Shown here: positions 1 through 9,085 of the stretch, piece by piece
Layout: each line of letters starts with the position of its first letter
Numbering within the stretch: the first letter of the stretch is position 1
Translations under genes and position numbers: made by a program
DNA from: an uncultured Candidatus Binatia bacterium
GTDB lineage: Bacteria; Desulfobacterota; Binatia; Bin18
DNA: 64,000 nucleotides
Direction: 5' to 3'
Assembly (NCBI GenBank): GCA_965214605.1
Contig: OZ243961.1
Span: 3,968,001-4,032,000, forward strand
The notes under the pieces: generated by a model
The model's input: the letters and a program-made list of their open reading frames with translations, nothing else
Told to the model about the DNA's origin: nothing
Database searches by the model: none

Positions 1-284
1 TTGACGCCCCACGAGCTCTGGCGACTGGGTTGGTGTCACGGGTGGTGCCGGAGGATGAACTTGACCGGACGGCCGCCGATATGGCTGCCAAGATTGTGCG
101 CAACTCTCCGCTCGGTGTCCGGCTGACCAAGGAGTGTCTCCGCTACTCGGTTGATGCGCCAACACTTGAGGCCGCGATTGCGATGGAAGATCGGAATCAA
201 ATTCTGACCACCCGGACCAATGACGTGCGGGAAGGGATTGCCGCGTTTCTGGAGCGGCGTGAGCCGCACTATGAAGATGTCTGA
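1..284 (+). CDS. Enoyl-CoA hydratase/isomerase family protein, C-terminal part (5'-truncated by window)
   Basis: Open frame from the window start: ...ALATGLVSRVVPEDEL...SPLGVRLTKE...DVREGIAAFLERREPHY, a typical crotonase C-terminus. Confidence 0.9.
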   Translation, partial: DAPRALATGLVSRVVPEDELDRTAADMAAKIVRNSPLGVRLTKECLRYSVDAPTLEAAIAMEDRNQILTTRTNDVREGIAAFLERREPHYEDV

Positions 285-804
285 TGAGCGGTCGGCAGAG
301 ATTTTGCTGCTTGACAACGTGGACGATATGGTCACGGTGCCGTATGAACGGGCGTTTCGCCTGGTGACGGATGCACCGTCCATCATCCGCTTGCGTCAGG
401 ATCCCGGTGCGCTGTTTAATACGGCAGACAGCTCGTCGCGTTTATCTCCGTATTCGACCTCATACCTCACGCCGCGGATTGCCGAAAACGTTCGGCTGGA
501 AGGGCTTGGCCGGTCGACTGCGGGAGGGCGCATTACCGCCTTTATGACTGGCCAGGCGCGCCGGCTGTCGCTCGAGTATCAGGATGAGGACACGGTTGCG
601 GTGCGGGGACAGTGGCGGGATGCGGAGAATGTTGTCCAGGGGGTTCGGTTGGGCTTTTTGCCCAGCACGGTTGTCGCTCAGCTGAGAGAGCTAGCGGCTG
701 AGACGGTTCCGTTGGGGGTTGCCGCTACGATACGGACGCTGGTTTTGCCGGAACCAAGGCGAGAAGGGGAGGTGTGGTGCGATGTATGGACGCTTGAGGC
801 GTAG
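277..804 (+). CDS. Hypothetical protein, possible degenerate HIRAN-like domain
   Basis: ATG at 277 overlaps the upstream stop; C-terminal RRLSLE...DEDTVAVRG...LGFLP resembles the HIRAN L.RE.DN.D.NAVAV...LGYLP pattern. Confidence 0.6.
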   Translation: MSDERSAEILLLDNVDDMVTVPYERAFRLVTDAPSIIRLRQDPGALFNTADSSSRLSPYSTSYLTPRIAENVRLEGLGRSTAGGRITAFMTGQARRLSLEYQDEDTVAVRGQWRDAENVVQGVRLGFLPSTVVAQLRELAAETVPLGVAATIRTLVLPEPRREGEVWCDVWTLEA

Positions 805-872
805 CGGAGAAAGCAAGAGAAAAGTCAAAGGGCGCTAGGTGAAGATGGTGCGGCGATATGACTGAGGGGCAA

Positions 873-1328
873 CTAGTCTGCGCCGTCGGTGCTGGATAGC
901 AGCTGCACCTCGTCTCCAAGCTGAATCTCGCCTGGGGTCATGACAAAACATGTGACCCCACCCCGCCAGGCTGGCACTAGGGCCTGGCGCAACCCCAGGT
1001 GCTGCATGTCCATCCGCTCGCATGGATCGGTTTCGCCCGTAATAGCCAGTCTGACCGGACCGATCTGCAAAATCTGGCGGGTCGTTCGCTCAAGCTCAAT
1101 GCCGCTGATAAGAAGGTTGGCCCGGCGGGCCGTCCACGATAGGTCGGTCTGCACCTCTTGACAGGCGGCCTGCCACGCCTCTTGGGACAGGACGGTGATC
1201 TGACGGGGGCCGTACCTGCCCCGATAGTCGCCCTGAAGGCCGTTCTGTTGGCTAATGGAGATCTTGTCTTGGGTTTCCATTGGCGCACGCGGCGCGCTGC
1301 GGACGGCGATACCAAGCAGACGTCCCAT
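873..1328 (-). CDS. MOSC domain-containing protein
   Basis: GLQGD, RQITVLS, RRANLLISG and ETDPCERM (conserved Cys) motifs; ATG at 1328 with upstream GGA-rich RBS. Confidence 0.9.
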   Translation of the reverse strand: MGRLLGIAVRSAPRAPMETQDKISISQQNGLQGDYRGRYGPRQITVLSQEAWQAACQEVQTDLSWTARRANLLISGIELERTTRQILQIGPVRLAITGETDPCERMDMQHLGLRQALVPAWRGGVTCFVMTPGEIQLGDEVQLLSSTDGAD

Positions 1329-1332
1329 TCCT

Positions 1333-2016
1333 TTATCCTCCGTAATCGGGGGCCAAAATGTGTGGCAGCTCAGCCACACTGTCCAAAATGTAGTCCGGTG
1401 CGTAGTCCAGCATGACTTCACGGTTGCTGGTGCCGGTCAAGACACCGACGGTATGCAAACCGGCCGCTCTGCTGGCCTGCACATCGATTGGCGAGTCGCC
1501 AATATACACCGCCTCGTGCGGCTGGAGCGCCAAGCGTTCAAGACACTTGAGAATCGGTTCGGGATGCGGTTTTCTGTTTTCAACATCCTCACGACCGACA
1601 ATGCCACTGAACAGATGGCGGACTCCCCAGTGATCCAGAAATGGCAGAGCGCGCCCCGAGGAGGTGGCAATGCCGAGCCGCAGCCCTTGGGTGTGCAGGT
1701 TCTTAAGCAGCTCCAGACTGCCTGGAATTGCCTCAGTCTTGTGGTGATAGTGATCCATCCAGGTATCCATGCGACTCTCAACAATGCGTTTGAGGGTGGC
1801 CGCCGGGTCAGGATAGTCGGGCGGAAAGAGTTTGGCGAGCGGATTGTCATCCCCAGCTCGCATGAGCCCATACACTCGGTCCCGTGACGGCAGGGGGACG
1901 CCGGCCATCTCGAGGACTTCGAGAGAGACCTGATAGAAGTATTCCACCGAGTCGGCCAGGGTGCCGTCCATATCAAAGATGACACCTTTCACCGTCAGAG
2001 TCTTGCGCCCGCTCAT
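1333..2016 (-). CDS. HAD-superfamily hydrolase (phosphoglycolate phosphatase-like)
   Basis: IFDMDGTL motif I, ATS motif II, KPHP and YIGDS...D motifs; ATGA overlap with coaE. Confidence 0.9.
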   Translation of the reverse strand: MSGRKTLTVKGVIFDMDGTLADSVEYFYQVSLEVLEMAGVPLPSRDRVYGLMRAGDDNPLAKLFPPDYPDPAATLKRIVESRMDTWMDHYHHKTEAIPGSLELLKNLHTQGLRLGIATSSGRALPFLDHWGVRHLFSGIVGREDVENRKPHPEPILKCLERLALQPHEAVYIGDSPIDVQASRAAGLHTVGVLTGTSNREVMLDYAPDYILDSVAELPHILAPDYGG

Positions 2017-2609
2017 GATGAGAGCCGCTCCCAAGCTTGGCTCACGCGTTGCTTAAGGTCGGCTAGCGAGCCGTCATTATGGATAACGAGCTGGGCGTGT
2101 TTACGCCGTTCGGCGTTGGACAGCTGGCTGGCAATACGAGCCTCTGTCTCGCTGGCCGGCGAGCCGCGCTGAGCCGCGACGCGCTCAACCACGGCCTGTT
2201 TGTTGGTCTCGACCAGCCAGACCTCGTCGACCAGAGGAATCCAGTTGGCCTCAATCAAGATGGCTGCCTCAACCACAATGGGCCCAGAAAACCCCGCGGC
2301 CCGTTTATCCTGAATACGCCGAGCGATATCTTGGAACATGAGGGGATGGACGATGGCGTTTAAGCGCTGACGTGCCTCGGTGCCGCCAAACACAATCGCT
2401 CCGAGTTTTTTACGGTCGATGGTTTGATCCGCAGCCAAAATCTCTCGGCCAAACGCGGCCGTGACCTGCTTCCAAGCTTCTTTGCCCGGCAGGTAGATTT
2501 CGTGACCAACTTTATCGGCGTCGATGACAAACGCGCCAAGTTCTGCCAGCAGTTGGGATACGGTGCTCTTGCCCGAGCCTATCCCACCGGTCAATCCTAT
2601 GGTTTTCAT
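2013..2609 (-). CDS. coaE: Dephospho-CoA kinase
   Basis: IGLTGGIGSGKSTV, IDAD, IDRKKLGAIVF, LNAIVHP. Confidence 0.97.
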   Translation of the reverse strand: MKTIGLTGGIGSGKSTVSQLLAELGAFVIDADKVGHEIYLPGKEAWKQVTAAFGREILAADQTIDRKKLGAIVFGGTEARQRLNAIVHPLMFQDIARRIQDKRAAGFSGPIVVEAAILIEANWIPLVDEVWLVETNKQAVVERVAAQRGSPASETEARIASQLSNAERRKHAQLVIHNDGSLADLKQRVSQAWERLSS

Positions 2610-2752
2610 ACGCCCCTCTCGTTGTCCGGAGGTCCTTGTGACGCCCCGTGTGTTGTTTCAGAGATCGGCGATTTCTGCAAGAGAGCCACCGCCCGGTTCT
2701 CTCCTGGTCACGATCGTGGTATCAGTTTGAGTCAGTCAGAGGAGGTGAAGAC

Positions 2753-3502
2753 ATGCCTTATGCACAGGCCAGGGGAGTCAGACTGTACTACGAAGACCGC
2801 GGACACGGACCGCCGCTGGTCTTGATTCCCGGCGCACTCGGAACCGGCCAGTCGGACTTTGGTCCGCAGCTCGAACACTTGCCTGAGATGGGAGTACGGA
2901 CGATTACCTTTGACCCGCGTGGCTATGGTAAGTCACGGCCGCCCAAACGCGAGTTTTCGATTGACTTCTACCACCAGGATGCCGAAGATTGTGCGGCTCT
3001 GATGGTCCATCTGGGGTGTGAGTCGTACGCAGTTGGGGGCTGGAGCGACGGAGCCATCACTGGTCTGCTGCTGACCTTGGCCCATCCTCGACAGGTGGAA
3101 AAACTCGTCGTGTGGGGTGGCAACGCCTATGTCAGTCAGGAGGATATCGAGGGCTATGAAAAAACCCGCTCCCTGTCTTCCTGGTCGCCCCGGATGCTCG
3201 AAGCGATGGGCGCAGTGTACGGCGATGAGCTACAGGAGCTGTGGACGAACTGGTGTGACGTCATGCAGACCCTGTATAAAGCCGGGGGCGAGGTGTGTCT
3301 CCATCGTCTGGATGAGATTCGGTGTCCAACTTTTATTCTGCACGGCGACAAAGATCCGCTCGTCCCGCGCTTTCATGCCGCTGTCCTGCACCAGGGCATT
3401 GCCGGCTCGCGAGTGCATTTTTTTCCCGACGGCAAACATAATATTCACATTGCCTACGCCGAGGAAATGAATCGGATGATCGCCGATTTCTTGACGACCT
3501 AG
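2753..3502 (+). CDS. Alpha/beta hydrolase, BPHL/valacyclovirase-like
   Basis: GGAGG RBS; PGALG, DPRGYGKS, GWSDG nucleophile elbow, HGDKDPLVP, GKHNIH. Confidence 0.9.
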   Translation: MPYAQARGVRLYYEDRGHGPPLVLIPGALGTGQSDFGPQLEHLPEMGVRTITFDPRGYGKSRPPKREFSIDFYHQDAEDCAALMVHLGCESYAVGGWSDGAITGLLLTLAHPRQVEKLVVWGGNAYVSQEDIEGYEKTRSLSSWSPRMLEAMGAVYGDELQELWTNWCDVMQTLYKAGGEVCLHRLDEIRCPTFILHGDKDPLVPRFHAAVLHQGIAGSRVHFFPDGKHNIHIAYAEEMNRMIADFLTT

Positions 3503-3524
3503 CCGTTTGCAAAGGAGAACACAC

Positions 3525-4136
3525 ATGGCCGCTCAGGTAGAATTTTTTTATGACTATTCCAGCCCCTGGACGTATCTGGCTTTTACCAAGATTGCCGGCT
3601 TGTGTCAGAAGTACGGAGCCGACTTAAGCTGGCGCCCCATTTTGGTCGGCGGAATCTTTAACACGATCAATCCGTCGGTATACGAGTTCCGCGAGAAGGG
3701 CGTCGCGGCCAAGCAAAAATATATGGCCAAGGACATGCGGGACTGGGCACGTTATTATGGGCTCAAAATTAAAAATCCACCCAGCGTTTTTCCGGTCAAC
3801 TCGGTTAAAGCCCTGCGCGGTGCCCTCGTGGCGCTGGAGCAGCCGGGCAGGTTCTTAGCCTATAGCTCCCGCGTGTTTGAGTCGTATTGGGGTGAAGACA
3901 AAGATATCAGCCAGGACGCGGTACTGCGCGCCATTGTTGAGGAAGTCGGACTTGACCCACAGGAGTATTTCGAAAAAATCGCTCAACAGGACTACAAGGA
4001 CCGCATTCGGGCCAACACGGACGAGGTCATGCAGCGCGGTGGATATGGCACCCCGACCATGTTTGTCAACGGCTCCATGTTTTTTGGGAACGACCGCTTA
4101 GTCTTGGTCGAAGAAGAGCTGAAACGCAACAGCTAA
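3525..4136 (+). CDS. 2-hydroxychromene-2-carboxylate isomerase / DsbA (kappa-GST-like) family
   Basis: FFYDYSSPWTY, WRPILVGG, FPVNS, GYGTPTMFV...FFGNDRL. Confidence 0.92.
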   Translation: MAAQVEFFYDYSSPWTYLAFTKIAGLCQKYGADLSWRPILVGGIFNTINPSVYEFREKGVAAKQKYMAKDMRDWARYYGLKIKNPPSVFPVNSVKALRGALVALEQPGRFLAYSSRVFESYWGEDKDISQDAVLRAIVEEVGLDPQEYFEKIAQQDYKDRIRANTDEVMQRGGYGTPTMFVNGSMFFGNDRLVLVEEELKRNS

Positions 4137-4181
4137 CGGGGCTTGTCACAAGGGCAAAGAGCATCCCTTTGCCCTGTATAG

Positions 4182-4535
4182 TCAGCCATCCCAGCCCCAT
4201 TTTTCTTTATTGGCCTGGATTTCTTCGGGCGACGGATTCTCCGGTTTCTCGTGAACGGCGACCTCAAAGTCGTCAATTGGGTCAACCATCGCATAATTCA
4301 AAGGCGTGTCCTCTGCAAACACGTCGGGAACGGCTACTTCCTCAAAAATAGCTTGCCAGGGGCATTCCGGCTCACACGCCCCACAGTCAATACATTCGTC
4401 AGGGTGGATATACAGTTGGTTGGGAAACTGCTCATGGTCACTGCCAACATATTTATAGATGCAGTCGACTGGGCAGACAGCGACGCAGCCGGTGTCAAGG
4501 CAGTCCCGACACAGCCTGGTAATGATATAGGTCAT
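4182..4535 (-). CDS. 7Fe-type ([3Fe-4S]/[4Fe-4S]) ferredoxin
   Basis: [15 protein letters not shown]...[19 protein letters not shown]. Confidence 0.93.
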   Translation of the reverse strand: MTYIITRLCRDCLDTGCVAVCPVDCIYKYVGSDHEQFPNQLYIHPDECIDCGACEPECPWQAIFEEVAVPDVFAEDTPLNYAMVDPIDDFEVAVHEKPENPSPEEIQANKEKWGWDG

Positions 4536-4597
4536 GGTTCCTCCTTACCTGTGCACTCCGCTTTCTCTCGTTAGCCAAAGGGGGCCTTGCGCATGTG

Positions 4598-6787
4598 CTA
4601 TCGTATCGCTGACAGCGGGTCAATTACGGCCTGAGCGTGAAAGCGTCGATAGGTGGTGACAAGAGACAAGGCTCGGGCGGCCCGTGGGTGGGTGGCAAAG
4701 GTGGGCAGGCCTCTGGCGTGAAACTTCTCCCGTACCGATAGCAGCTCCGCCTCACGGTTAAACGGTTGAAGGACGGTTAGAAACGGCTTGGCCGAGCGGT
4801 TGGCAAAGGCCGACAAGGTGTCGAGCAGGCTGTCGAGGATATGCGGTCGGGCCTGCCACTGACCGGCTACGAGCCCGGCACCGGTATCCATGACTACTGC
4901 ATCAATATTGGGGTCGCGATCCAGAATCGACAACAGACGGCTAAGATTGTCGGTCGATTGTCCCATGCCGATCGTATATCCCGAGTCGAGCGGGTTACGG
5001 AAACTCCCGCCAATGACGGTGAAAAAGGACGCCAGTTCTTGATACGATTCTTCGCTGAGTTCTGGAACTCTCAGGCCCGCCTGTTCGAACGCATCAGTGA
5101 TGACGACCGATGGACCGCCGGTCATGGCGATGAGTCCGACCCTATTCTTGGTTGTGGATTTGGCAAAGCAGAGGAGTTGGAGGACATCGAGTAGGGTGTC
5201 GAAGTCTTCGACCGGAATAGCCCCGGCCTGTTTCACTACCGCATCCCAAATTGCAACCGGGGTGGCCAGCGAGCCGGTATGCGACGAAGTCGCCCGTTGA
5301 CCGGCCTGACTCTGGCCGCCTTTCCAGATGACAACCGGCTTGTGTTGGGTCACCTCACGCAACAGGGAGAAGAAGCGCCGTCCGTCACGCACGCCCTCCA
5401 GGTACATCCCGATGACCTGAGTTTGCTCGTCCGCGGCCAGATAGTTGAGATAGTCGCTGGCGTCGAGCACCGCTGCATTGCCGAAGCTGACCGCCTTGCT
5501 GATCGCAATCCCGTGCTGGGGAGCGGCTAGGCTGAAGGTAATGGTATGGGTGCCGCTTTGGCCGATAAAACCGACAGTACCGGCCTCTCCGGTCGGGAGT
5601 TCAGGGTAGTTGCGCAGCCCGATCCGGGGGTTGTAGATTCCCATACAGTTCGGACCGATCAGGGCTAGGTCGGAAGCCTGGGCGGCCTCAATCAGGCTCT
5701 TTTCCAGCTGTTTCCCCTCCTCATCACCAACTTCGGAGAAGCCCGAGGTAAACAGCATCACGCCGCCGACCTTGTGGGCCACACAATCGGCGATGATCTT
5801 GGGCGCGACCTGACGCGGAACGGCGGTCATCACATAATCGATCTCATGCGGAATGTCTGCCAGACTGGGGTAGTTGGGCACCCCCAGGGCCTCAATGCCG
5901 GGGAGCTCGCGTTCGTCGATTTGGACCGAATAGACTTTGCCCTGAAACCGGTTCTGGCTGCGCAGCCACATATAGTTCATAGCTTTCTTATCACCGATAA
6001 CCGCCACCACCTTAGGATGAAACGCTCGCTCCAGGGACGCCTGGATACGTGCAGACAGCGGACGTGGAGGAGGGGGAAGAGGAGCAGACTGCAGCACGAT
6101 CCGGGCATCGACCGTCAGACAGCCGTCCGGATAGGCAACACTCGGGTTCAGGTCGAGTTCTTTGATCTGGGAATAGTTGGCCGCCAAGTTGGAAACACTG
6201 AGCAGGAGCTGTTCCAGCGCCGCCAGATCCACCGCGGCCTGGCCGCGGTGACCGGTCAGCAGAGGCAGGCTGCGCAGCTCGCGGACCATACCGTGCGCAT
6301 CGTAGGCCGTAAGCGGTGCCAGCCGGAAGGACACATCTTGAAGGACTTCGACCGTCACCCCTCCTAAACCGAACATGACCAAAGAACCAAACTGGGGATC
6401 TGTCGTCAGACCGATAATGACCTCAATGCCGGGCTTGGCCATCGGCTGGATAGACACGCCGTCGAGCTGGGCGTGTGGCTGGGCGGTCTGAGCAGCCTTG
6501 ATGATATCGTCAAACGCCTGGCTAACGGCGTCGGCTGAGCCGAGGTTGAGCCTCACCCCACCAATATCACTCTTATGGACAATGTCCGGAGAACAGATCT
6601 TGAGAGCGACCGGCCAGCCGAGGTCCTCAGCTAAGCCAACAGCGTGGTCACGGGTTTGGGCCAGCTCGGTGCGAAGCACGTTGAGACCGGCGGCGCTCAG
6701 CAGGGCTTTGGACTCGACTTCGGTCAGAAGGTGTCGGTCTTGAGATTGGGCGCGGTGGATGATTGTCGTGGGGTCGGGCTGTGCCAT
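4598..6787 (-). CDS. ADP-forming acyl-CoA synthetase, fused beta (ATP-grasp) then alpha (CoA-binding) order
   Basis: N-terminal LKICSPDIVHKSDIGGV and DPQFGSLVMFGLGG; C-terminal GPNCMG, SHTGSLA phospho-His and NPLD. Confidence 0.9.
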   Translation of the reverse strand: MAQPDPTTIIHRAQSQDRHLLTEVESKALLSAAGLNVLRTELAQTRDHAVGLAEDLGWPVALKICSPDIVHKSDIGGVRLNLGSADAVSQAFDDIIKAAQTAQPHAQLDGVSIQPMAKPGIEVIIGLTTDPQFGSLVMFGLGGVTVEVLQDVSFRLAPLTAYDAHGMVRELRSLPLLTGHRGQAAVDLAALEQLLLSVSNLAANYSQIKELDLNPSVAYPDGCLTVDARIVLQSAPLPPPPRPLSARIQASLERAFHPKVVAVIGDKKAMNYMWLRSQNRFQGKVYSVQIDERELPGIEALGVPNYPSLADIPHEIDYVMTAVPRQVAPKIIADCVAHKVGGVMLFTSGFSEVGDEEGKQLEKSLIEAAQASDLALIGPNCMGIYNPRIGLRNYPELPTGEAGTVGFIGQSGTHTITFSLAAPQHGIAISKAVSFGNAAVLDASDYLNYLAADEQTQVIGMYLEGVRDGRRFFSLLREVTQHKPVVIWKGGQSQAGQRATSSHTGSLATPVAIWDAVVKQAGAIPVEDFDTLLDVLQLLCFAKSTTKNRVGLIAMTGGPSVVITDAFEQAGLRVPELSEESYQELASFFTVIGGSFRNPLDSGYTIGMGQSTDNLSRLLSILDRDPNIDAVVMDTGAGLVAGQWQARPHILDSLLDTLSAFANRSAKPFLTVLQPFNREAELLSVREKFHARGLPTFATHPRAARALSLVTTYRRFHAQAVIDPLSAIR

Positions 6788-6830
6788 GGGTGGAGTTCCT
6801 AGGACAAGGCAAAAAAATCGCAAAAACCTC

Positions 6831-7505
6831 TCACGTTTTCAGGTCTTGTACCTGCCGTCTGAGCGAGGCTAGCTCGTCATGCAGCTCCTGCAGCGGACCC
6901 GACAGATAGCTCTCGACCGCCTCTTTGACAAAATTCTCAATGTACTTGCCCTGCATATCGGTCTCGATATTGACCCGGTCGCCGGGCTTACGGTGTTTGA
7001 GGGTCGTGACCTGGTAGGTATGGGGAATGATCGCGCAGGTGAAGGACGTTGGCTGGCAGTTAAAAACCGTCAGACTGATGCCGTCCACGGCAACTGAACC
7101 CTTTTCGACCAGATAGCGGCTCAGCTCACGGGGAACCTCAAACGTGTACAGAAACGAATCCCCCTCGGCCTGAATTGAGGCAACCGAGCCTAGGCCGTCA
7201 ACATGGCCAAAGACGAGATGGCCGGATAAACGGTCCTCTAGTCGCAGTGAGCGCTCAAGGTTGACGGCCGAGCCCGGCCTCAGGTCGCCCAGGTTGGTGC
7301 GCCGCAGCGATTCGGCCGAGACCTCAAAGCTCAGGCCCGAGTCGCCGACGACCGTCACCGTTAAGCAGGTCCCGTTTACACAAATACTTTCCCCAAGATC
7401 GACCTCGGCCACGGGCAATGCGCTCGACAGCGTGAGCCGCACCCCCTCGGCAATTTCGTCAATCTGGATAATCGTGCCGCTCGTTTCAATAATACCGCTA
7501 AACAT
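6831..7505 (-). CDS. ribE: Riboflavin synthase
   Basis: MFSGII N-terminus, SICVNGTCLTV, GHLVFGHVDG, KGSVAVDGISLTV. Confidence 0.96.
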   Translation of the reverse strand: MFSGIIETSGTIIQIDEIAEGVRLTLSSALPVAEVDLGESICVNGTCLTVTVVGDSGLSFEVSAESLRRTNLGDLRPGSAVNLERSLRLEDRLSGHLVFGHVDGLGSVASIQAEGDSFLYTFEVPRELSRYLVEKGSVAVDGISLTVFNCQPTSFTCAIIPHTYQVTTLKHRKPGDRVNIETDMQGKYIENFVKEAVESYLSGPLQELHDELASLRRQVQDLKT

Positions 7506-7595
7506 AAGATGCCGTGCCAAGGGTTTGAAGGAACGAGTGAGGGCAAAGACACCTCTCCCTGTTCCGGTGGGTCTACAGTTTTACTCTTTGCCTTT

Positions 7596-8213
7596 TTATC
7601 CCGCCGCCTGGACACTCGGGCGGTCTTGCAGCCGTTTGAGCCATGACTCGACCCTGGGGTGAGGGAGCGCAACCTTGAGCATCGGAAACAGGAGTGACCA
7701 GGAAACATAGGGGATATCGGCCAAGCTGAAGCCCGAAGATAAGAGGTAGTCCTGGTTGCCTAGCTCTTGGTCGATTTTGTCAAGGCAGACGTTAAGATCG
7801 GTCGTCGCTTGATGCACAAGCGCGTCATCAGGGCTGGCGCCCTGCATCGGCTTGAAGATAATTTCTCCGGCCAAGGTCGCAATAGCGCTTTCGTACGGAT
7901 TGTCGGCGTAGTGCATGAGGACACGCGCCCGGGCGCGTTGGCCGGGGTCTTGGGGCAGTAGGGCTGGATCTGGGTAGGTATCATTTAAGTATTCCATAAT
8001 AATGGTCGACTCGTACACCGTTGTCCCGTTGTCCTGGAGCGCTGGCACCTTGCCGTAGGGGTTGATGGCCAGATATGCGGGTGTTTTTTGCTCGCCTTTG
8101 GTGATGTCAATGTTGACCTTTTCGTACTTCAGCCCCTTTTCTGCCAGCACGATGCGGACCTTGCGGACCCGCGGAGACATGGGGAAATCGTACAGCTTGA
8201 TGGTGTTGGACAT
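7596..8213 (-). CDS. Glutathione S-transferase family protein
   Basis: SPRVRKV, INPYGKVPAL, ESTIIMEYL, FSLADI; AAGGAGG RBS. Confidence 0.95.
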   Translation of the reverse strand: MSNTIKLYDFPMSPRVRKVRIVLAEKGLKYEKVNIDITKGEQKTPAYLAINPYGKVPALQDNGTTVYESTIIMEYLNDTYPDPALLPQDPGQRARARVLMHYADNPYESAIATLAGEIIFKPMQGASPDDALVHQATTDLNVCLDKIDQELGNQDYLLSSGFSLADIPYVSWSLLFPMLKVALPHPRVESWLKRLQDRPSVQAAG

Positions 8214-8284
8214 CGACACCTCCTTCTTTCCGTTGGAGTTTTTCGACGAGCTCGCGATCGCGCGTGGCAAAATACTCTTCCGCC

Positions 8285-8572
8285 TTACCTCTGTCGTGAA
8301 GTTGGGTGCCCAAACGGTCCTCGTCGTCCATCCGGGTGCTCCCTTTTTGATTGGGCGCGTCGGATGAGGGATTGACCTGTTTTCTTGATGCGGGTGTACA
8401 GCCGGTCGGCCCAGTGGAACTCCGAACTCAGCAGGCCTAGGCCTAAGATAACCACAACGATGCCGGGGCCCGGAATGCCCGGTAGACTAAGAAGGCCGCC
8501 GACCACGACGAGCGCAATCCCGCCGACCACCCGACACCCCCGCCACACTAGAGTACGCGCCCGACGGATCAT
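8285..8572 (-). CDS. PGPGW-domain small membrane protein
   Basis: Hydrophobic hairpin with LPGIPGPG...GLGLLSSEFHWA. Confidence 0.85.
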   Translation of the reverse strand: MIRRARTLVWRGCRVVGGIALVVVGGLLSLPGIPGPGIVVVILGLGLLSSEFHWADRLYTRIKKTGQSLIRRAQSKREHPDGRRGPFGHPTSRQR

Positions 8573-8647
8573 AGTACCGACCCGTGCCGGAGTGAGCGGG
8601 AAACGGCGGGCGTGGGAAAGAGCAGGAGGGCAGGTGTAGAGGTCGGT

Positions 8648-8992
8648 TTAGAGGTCATCGGTGATCTTCCCGCTCCGGGCTTTTTCCACGGTTTCTTCAA
8701 ACTGCGAACCTAGATCGACCCCCATCTCCTTGGCTCGTTTCTTTGCCCACAGACCGACGTTGCGAGAGTCACGGTAGAAGGATTCGTCCCGGGTAGCACT
8801 AGTATCAAGGTCTTGGAGGCGACTCGCCTCGCTCTGATGATAGGCAAAACGAGACAGGATGCGGCTGAGCCGAGGTTTGCCGCACCACTGACACATGGCC
8901 GTCCGTTCCTCAGTCTCTGCCTCGGCTAAACTGAGGAAGAGCAGACTCTGAGTTTTGTGACACGCTTGGCAGAGGTAGTCGTAAATCGGCAT
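8648..8992 (-). CDS. FmdB-family zinc ribbon protein
   Basis: MPIYDYLCQAC...CQWCG...RILSRFA. Confidence 0.9.
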   Translation of the reverse strand: MPIYDYLCQACHKTQSLLFLSLAEAETEERTAMCQWCGKPRLSRILSRFAYHQSEASRLQDLDTSATRDESFYRDSRNVGLWAKKRAKEMGVDLGSQFEETVEKARSGKITDDL

Positions 8993-9085
8993 CGGTTTCT
9001 TCCTCTATCACACCTGACGCGGTGGTGCTATAAGAAGCTCGCTCAGTCCGGCACGCAAAAAACCTCCGCTAGTGTCTCTACCCAC

